A DNA stretch of 20,000 nt from positions 54,153-74,152 of IMG/VR virus record IMGVR_UViG_3300043568_000079, one strand, 5' to 3'. This document shows, piece by piece, positions 15,442-20,000 of the stretch (position 1 is the first letter of the stretch; each line of letters starts with the position of its first letter). The stretch comes from an uncultured virus (IMG/VR IMGVR_UViG_3300043568_000079) (Duplodnaviria > Heunggongvirae > Uroviricota > Caudoviricetes). The notes under the pieces are model-generated. The model was not told the DNA's origin. It ran no database searches and was given only the letters and a program-made list of their open reading frames with translations. Made by a program: the position numbers and the translations under genes.

Positions 15442-15966
15442 ATGACGTCAAATTGGGCCCTACCAACCAACATTATTCAATACTCAGAAGAAGGTGCAGA
15501 AGATGCACACATTCCTTGGCTTGAGGTTAATAACTTTAGCAGTTTAAAGAATTTAGATGGAAGATCAATTAAAACATCAAGAGACTTGTTGCATATTGCT
15601 AGAGATCCTAGACATAACATTAAAGAAAAAACTTATTTCTTAACAGTCACTGGATTTAATTTTATTGATGTTCCAGATATTATATTAGGGATTGAAGTAA
15701 AAGTAACTTCGAATAGATACGGTAGAATTACTGACGAGACAATACAACTAACACTAAACGATAATATAATTGGAGATAATCAAGCGTCTTTGGACCTGAA
15801 TCCTATTAAAATTTACGGTGGGAAAGATAATCTATGGAACACAAATTTAACAACTGCCGGAATACTCAATACAACCTTTGGAGTAGTTTTACGTTTTCAA
15901 AGCCATCCTCGTTGGCCCCACAAGAGCGGCATGATGTTGGACTCTGTGGAAGTAAGAGTTTACTAA
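15442..15966 (+). CDS. hypothetical protein, probable beta-sandwich structural domain
   Basis: ORF 15427..15966; ATG 15442 preferred as it sits 5 nt after TAAATA and clear of the terminator; alternating beta pattern LTVTGFNF, ILGIEVKV, YGGKDNLW, FGVVLRF. Confidence 0.65.
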   Translation: MTSNWALPTNIIQYSEEGAEDAHIPWLEVNNFSSLKNLDGRSIKTSRDLLHIARDPRHNIKEKTYFLTVTGFNFIDVPDIILGIEVKVTSNRYGRITDETIQLTLNDNIIGDNQASLDLNPIKIYGGKDNLWNTNLTTAGILNTTFGVVLRFQSHPRWPHKSGMMLDSVEVRVY

Positions 15967-15969
15967 AAA

Positions 15970-15977
15970 AATAAATA
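15970..15977 (+). promoter_or_regulatory. late-promoter-like AATAAATA
   Basis: Upstream of GAGGA SD and ATG 15995. Confidence 0.55.
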
Positions 15978-15994
15978 CATCTGAGGATCTATAA

Positions 15995-18900
15995 ATGGCA
16001 ATCAGCACAAACGTATTAAACTTACCAGGCAATTATATAATTAGGGCCGTCAATGGTACTGTTACTATTGACACTATTCGAACTAGAGTTACTCAGGTCT
16101 TGCAGGTCGACGGTGACACATTTTTAAATAGTGACACTACTATTGGTAATTCATCATCTGACACAATTGATACAGTTGGTCGATTTATTAACGACCTAAT
16201 ACCTCAAAGTTCCTATACAGTTAATATTGGAACATCAACAAATATTTGGAATTCAGCCCACGTAGGAAGATTTGTTCAGTATGGTACTGGATCTGCGTAT
16301 CTAAATATTATCAATAATACTGAAAACGTTTGGAATCCTTATACTGATTTTGGTCCAGCAGGTAGACCTTACGATCCTGGAAATATATACGGAACTGAAG
16401 AACAACGCCGACAAGGTGCAGTGTATGTAGCCGGTGGTGTTGGTATTGAAAAAGATTTAAACGTCGGAGGTTTTATTTATGGACGAGTTGAAACAGCCGT
16501 TACAACTACCTTTGTTACATTTACTGCAACAAATGCTGATATCGAATTTAATATAGGATTTGTATTACAAGACACTCCAGAAGATTATCAAAGTCCTACA
16601 TATATTGACTTAGAAGGAATTGTCGACGGTTTAACATACAATCCGTCATTGGGTAGAATTAGAACTGATCGCGCATTAATTGCAGAAGGTGATCAATCAA
16701 CTAGCACAACAACCGGAGCGTTGATTGTTCAAGGTGGTGTTGGTATTGCTAAAAACGCATACGTTGGTGGAATACTAACCGCCACTGATGTGATGCCTAA
16801 AGAAAACGAGACAGGCCAAATTGGTTCTACTGATACGCAGTGGGCAGAAGCTTACATTCAGGATATCTTTACTCGAGTAATTGCATCTACTACAGGTACT
16901 GTTCAAATTAACCCAGCAGCCGGCGTAACAGAAATTATTGGCGATATTAGAGTTAGGGGACAAAACCCAGTTGGCACTGCACCAGTTGTAACAAACACTC
17001 TATATGTAACAATGGACGGCAACGATACTAATGACGGCAGAGCAATGGATCCGAGTCGTGCATGTAGAACAATTACTGGAGCGGTGAATAGCCCTTACTT
17101 CCAGCCAGGCACACAAATTTTAGTTAGTGCAGGATTCTACTTAGAAGATAATCCTGTTAGAATGAAGCCTTATACTTCTATCAGAGGGTCTGATATTCGT
17201 ACAACATTTATTGAGCCTATCAATAAAACTCAAGACTTGTTCCATGTTGATAGTGGATGCTACATAAACTATTGCACATTCTTAAACGGAAGAAGTGGAT
17301 TATTACAAGGACCGTACGAAGATCAATACAATCGTGGAGCATATGCAACAGCTTTCCCTCCGCAAGAAGGCGATAATCGTATTGACATATATCACTCTCC
17401 CTATATTCAAAACTGTACTAATCAATCTGGACCATGGTTAGGTGACGGTACAATGTTTGTACCAAACCAAACTGTTCAAGTACCTGCTAGTGTAGGTATC
17501 GGATCTTGGTTAGCTAATACATCAAGTATCATTGTGGATATTTCTCAAGGCTCAGTTGAACGAGGAATGTACGTTAATGCAGGACAACAGAATCCTGGAT
17601 TCTTTGATGCTAGAACATTAATACTGGCTAACAAACCCTTCATTCAAGAACAGGTTATTGCATATGTTGATAAAACATTTAACACAGGAACATTTATATA
17701 TGATCAAGTTAAGTGTGCTCGAGATACAGGTTTAATTGTAGACTCTATTTCTCAAGATATGTTAGCTGACAGCACCAGTGAAAGTATTTTTGCTGGCTTG
17801 CAATATTGGAGACAAACTGAATACGTTGATGCAATCAATAGTCAAATAACTGCTACTATTGCAACAATAGAATTTGTTCGTAACTTAGCTGCAAACACTG
17901 CAACTAGTGCCGCAAGCGCAACCGAAGGTGCAGTTGTTACTAGTAGATTTAACAATATACTAGAAATTTTAAATACTTCTACAGCTACTCTAGTAACTGG
18001 AGCATTCTCAGAATGGGTAACTGATAAAATTATTTCTAACGGTACTGCTACTAATAGTGTAGGTTACAATGCTGCGTTTGATGCAATACTAGCAGCCAAA
18101 AATAGTATTACTGAACAAGCTATTAATAATTTAAATTCAACATTAATTGCATTCACATATGATTCTGCTAAGTGTGCTCGAGACACTGGGTTGATTGTTG
18201 ATTCTGTTGCACAAGATATTTTATTCAACGGCACAAGTCAAAGTACTTTTGCTGGTTTGCAATACTGGAATCAAAGCGGATACGTCTCAGGCATTGGTAG
18301 TCAACTAACAACTACAACAAATGCAATTGAGTATGTTAAGGAGTTGGCTGCAAAAGTAGTAGTTGGCAATACTAGTGGTACTCGTTATCAAACTAGCATT
18401 GCACAAAATACATCTTTGTCTACTGCAACCTCAGCAGAATCAACATTGCTCAACGACGACTTTGATGTCATACTAAACATTTTGGATGTAGGTACTGTAG
18501 GTGTATCTGATGATATTGTACCAAACGGGTTAGTGCCAAGTACTAACACAAATGTACTTAAAGCATATAATTTACTACAGGCAAACAAGACATATATTCA
18601 GACAGAAGTTATTGCATTCGTTGAAGCCACTAAGACTGTTGGTTTTGAATATGATCAAGATAAATGTTTTAGAGACACTGGTTATATGTTAGACAGTGTT
18701 GCTTTTGATATGTTGTACGGAGGTAATAAACAAGCTATTCAAAGCGGTGTTTATTATTACGGATTTGATGCCGGCTCTAGTGCAATTGAAGGACAGAGTC
18801 CTCAAACTATTGCCGCATATGAATATATCAAACAATTAGCTCCTAACATTATTCGCGGTATTGCAATCAGTACATCTACTCTATATCAGTCTGCTGAACA

Positions 18901-20000
18901 GCAGGTATTAGGTTTGAGCGGAACGCCTATTGAAGCCAACGAAGCAATTGAACGATTAGATATCATTGTTAATATTATTAATAATGGTCCTAGTGTTGCT
19001 GAAGAACCATCACCGATCAGTTTAGATAGAAGCCCTAGCGAATATGTTCGTAATGCTGCTATCCTATTAAATGAAAACAGAGATTTTATCAAAGCTGAAG
19101 TAGTTGCGTATGTTAATACATTAAAGACACTAGTCTATGATGAGACTAAGTGCAGAAGAGATATTGGCTACATGTTAGACAGCGTAGCCTATGATTTACT
19201 ACATGGCGGAAACAAACAGAGTATTAAATCTGGTGTTTACTATTTTGGTTACACTGGCGATACTACTGAAATTCCAGGAGAAATTCCCCAAACTACAGCG
19301 GCATATAATTTAATTAAATCATTGTTGCCGAGTATTATCAAAGCACAACCTGTGGTGTCAAAATATAGTGCTACTCTACAGGATATTACTACCTATTTGC
19401 CAGCAACGGATAATGAAGTGAGTATTTTAGGAGAGAAAATTGATGTTATTACTAACATCATAAGAAACGGTCCTGGAACAGTTGCTGCAAGAATTCCTAT
19501 CAACACTGAATTAAATCAGTCTAGCAACATTTACAATGCGTATAAGCAATTAGAAGCGAATAGAGAGTTTATCAAAGACGAAGTTATTGCTTACCTAAAC
19601 ACATTTGGAACATTTAACTATTCAAGAGAAAAGTGCTTCCGAGATGTAGGTATCATCTTAGAAAATATTTCTTATGATGCTGCATTTGGTGGAAATGAAA
19701 AAGCTGTACAAAGTGGCTTATCATATTACGAAGGTGTTGTCAGTTTAATTGCTGGACAAGAAGTGCAGACAGTTGCCGCAATTGACTACATCAATAATCT
19801 AGCACAGAAAGTTATTGTTAACGAAGTGTGTCCAGATTTGTACTCAACTGGCGTTTCAACCACTGCAACATATACACAAGTTATTAATACCGCAGTAACT
19901 GGTGGTGCAATTGCTGGCAGATCTTTATCTGACTTGTTTAATATTGTGACTACAATTATTAACAACGGCCCGTCTGCTGCACCTGAAATGTTTAAAGGTA
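15995..20000 (+). CDS. giant virion/tail-fibre-like protein, partial (>1335 aa): fibre-type N-terminus, pectin-lyase-like beta-helix start, tandem helical KCxRD repeats
   Basis: ATG 15995 (MAISTNVLNLPGNY...). No stop found, and the ORF track, which lists only closed ORFs, has none here. GAVYVAGGVGIEKDLNVGG and GALIVQGGVGIAKNAYVGG fibre motifs; LYVTMDGNDTNDG...ACRTI...PGTQILVSAGFYLE beta-helix cap; SPYIQNCT. Confidence 0.85.
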   Translation, partial: MAISTNVLNLPGNYIIRAVNGTVTIDTIRTRVTQVLQVDGDTFLNSDTTIGNSSSDTIDTVGRFINDLIPQSSYTVNIGTSTNIWNSAHVGRFVQYGTGSAYLNIINNTENVWNPYTDFGPAGRPYDPGNIYGTEEQRRQGAVYVAGGVGIEKDLNVGGFIYGRVETAVTTTFVTFTATNADIEFNIGFVLQDTPEDYQSPTYIDLEGIVDGLTYNPSLGRIRTDRALIAEGDQSTSTTTGALIVQGGVGIAKNAYVGGILTATDVMPKENETGQIGSTDTQWAEAYIQDIFTRVIASTTGTVQINPAAGVTEIIGDIRVRGQNPVGTAPVVTNTLYVTMDGNDTNDGRAMDPSRACRTITGAVNSPYFQPGTQILVSAGFYLEDNPVRMKPYTSIRGSDIRTTFIEPINKTQDLFHVDSGCYINYCTFLNGRSGLLQGPYEDQYNRGAYATAFPPQEGDNRIDIYHSPYIQNCTNQSGPWLGDGTMFVPNQTVQVPASVGIGSWLANTSSIIVDISQGSVERGMYVNAGQQNPGFFDARTLILANKPFIQEQVIAYVDKTFNTGTFIYDQVKCARDTGLIVDSISQDMLADSTSESIFAGLQYWRQTEYVDAINSQITATIATIEFVRNLAANTATSAASATEGAVVTSRFNNILEILNTSTATLVTGAFSEWVTDKIISNGTATNSVGYNAAFDAILAAKNSITEQAINNLNSTLIAFTYDSAKCARDTGLIVDSVAQDILFNGTSQSTFAGLQYWNQSGYVSGIGSQLTTTTNAIEYVKELAAKVVVGNTSGTRYQTSIAQNTSLSTATSAESTLLNDDFDVILNILDVGTVGVSDDIVPNGLVPSTNTNVLKAYNLLQANKTYIQTEVIAFVEATKTVGFEYDQDKCFRDTGYMLDSVAFDMLYGGNKQAIQSGVYYYGFDAGSSAIEGQSPQTIAAYEYIKQLAPNIIRGIAISTSTLYQSAEQQVLGLSGTPIEANEAIERLDIIVNIINNGPSVAEEPSPISLDRSPSEYVRNAAILLNENRDFIKAEVVAYVNTLKTLVYDETKCRRDIGYMLDSVAYDLLHGGNKQSIKSGVYYFGYTGDTTEIPGEIPQTTAAYNLIKSLLPSIIKAQPVVSKYSATLQDITTYLPATDNEVSILGEKIDVITNIIRNGPGTVAARIPINTELNQSSNIYNAYKQLEANREFIKDEVIAYLNTFGTFNYSREKCFRDVGIILENISYDAAFGGNEKAVQSGLSYYEGVVSLIAGQEVQTVAAIDYINNLAQKVIVNEVCPDLYSTGVSTTATYTQVINTAVTGGAIAGRSLSDLFNIVTTIINNGPSAAPEMFKG
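17699..20000 (+). repeat. five protein-level tandem repeats, 153-164 aa period
   Basis: In-frame motif starts at 17699 YDQVKCARDTGLIVDSISQDML, 18158 YDSAKCARDTGLIVDSVAQDIL, 18650 YDQDKCFRDTGYMLDSVAFDML, 19136 YDETKCRRDIGYMLDSVAYDLL, 19619 YSREKCFRDVGIILENISYDAA. Confidence 0.9.

Noticed and set aside
191..19092. Many minus-strand and alternate-frame ORFs in the track (e.g. 3036..3407, 4680..5102, 4744..5001, 8036..8524, 12915..13313, 16775..16963, 18388..18588, 18886..19092)
   Set aside because: They overlap well-supported genes and look like antisense or frame shadows with no motifs.
15967..20000. Apparent 4-kb gene desert or stop-codon recoding at the right end
   Set aside because: It is one + strand frame from ATG 15995 left open at the window edge; other genes are intact under the standard code, so no recoding is needed.
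1..20000. tRNA, rRNA, integrase or transposase
   Set aside because: No cloverleaf with TTCGA T-loop and acceptor stem seen in the gaps, and no recombinase or transposase motifs in the ORFs.

Overview
Segment of a large T4-related (gp20-gp23 type) dsDNA tailed-phage genome, standard genetic code. Left to right: end of an upstream gene; sigma70-type promoter; Mre11/Rad50-like gp47/gp46 pair; two small basic Hc1-like proteins; a short GIY-YIG nuclease; a small His/Cys protein; a ~460-nt non-coding region with dense pairing potential; a probable internal head protein; a minus-strand gp26-like/tail assembly chaperone pair; a tape-measure-like gene; the head module (portal, small ORF, acidic core protein, prohead protease, scaffold, major capsid); two probable structural genes; and a >1335-aa gene running off the right end that the ORF track misses. 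Top observations: (1) a candidate large structured ncRNA with a possible pseudoknot at ~4118-4500, downstream of the minimal GIY-YIG nuclease; (2) five ~160-aa tandem repeats in the giant protein carrying a phycobiliprotein-like KCxRDxG motif; (3) a T-TTT-TTC -1 frameshift site fusing the two chaperone-like ORFs; (4) a compact three-way-junction RNA leader after the capsid gene. All family calls come from motif recognition by eye; no searches were run.
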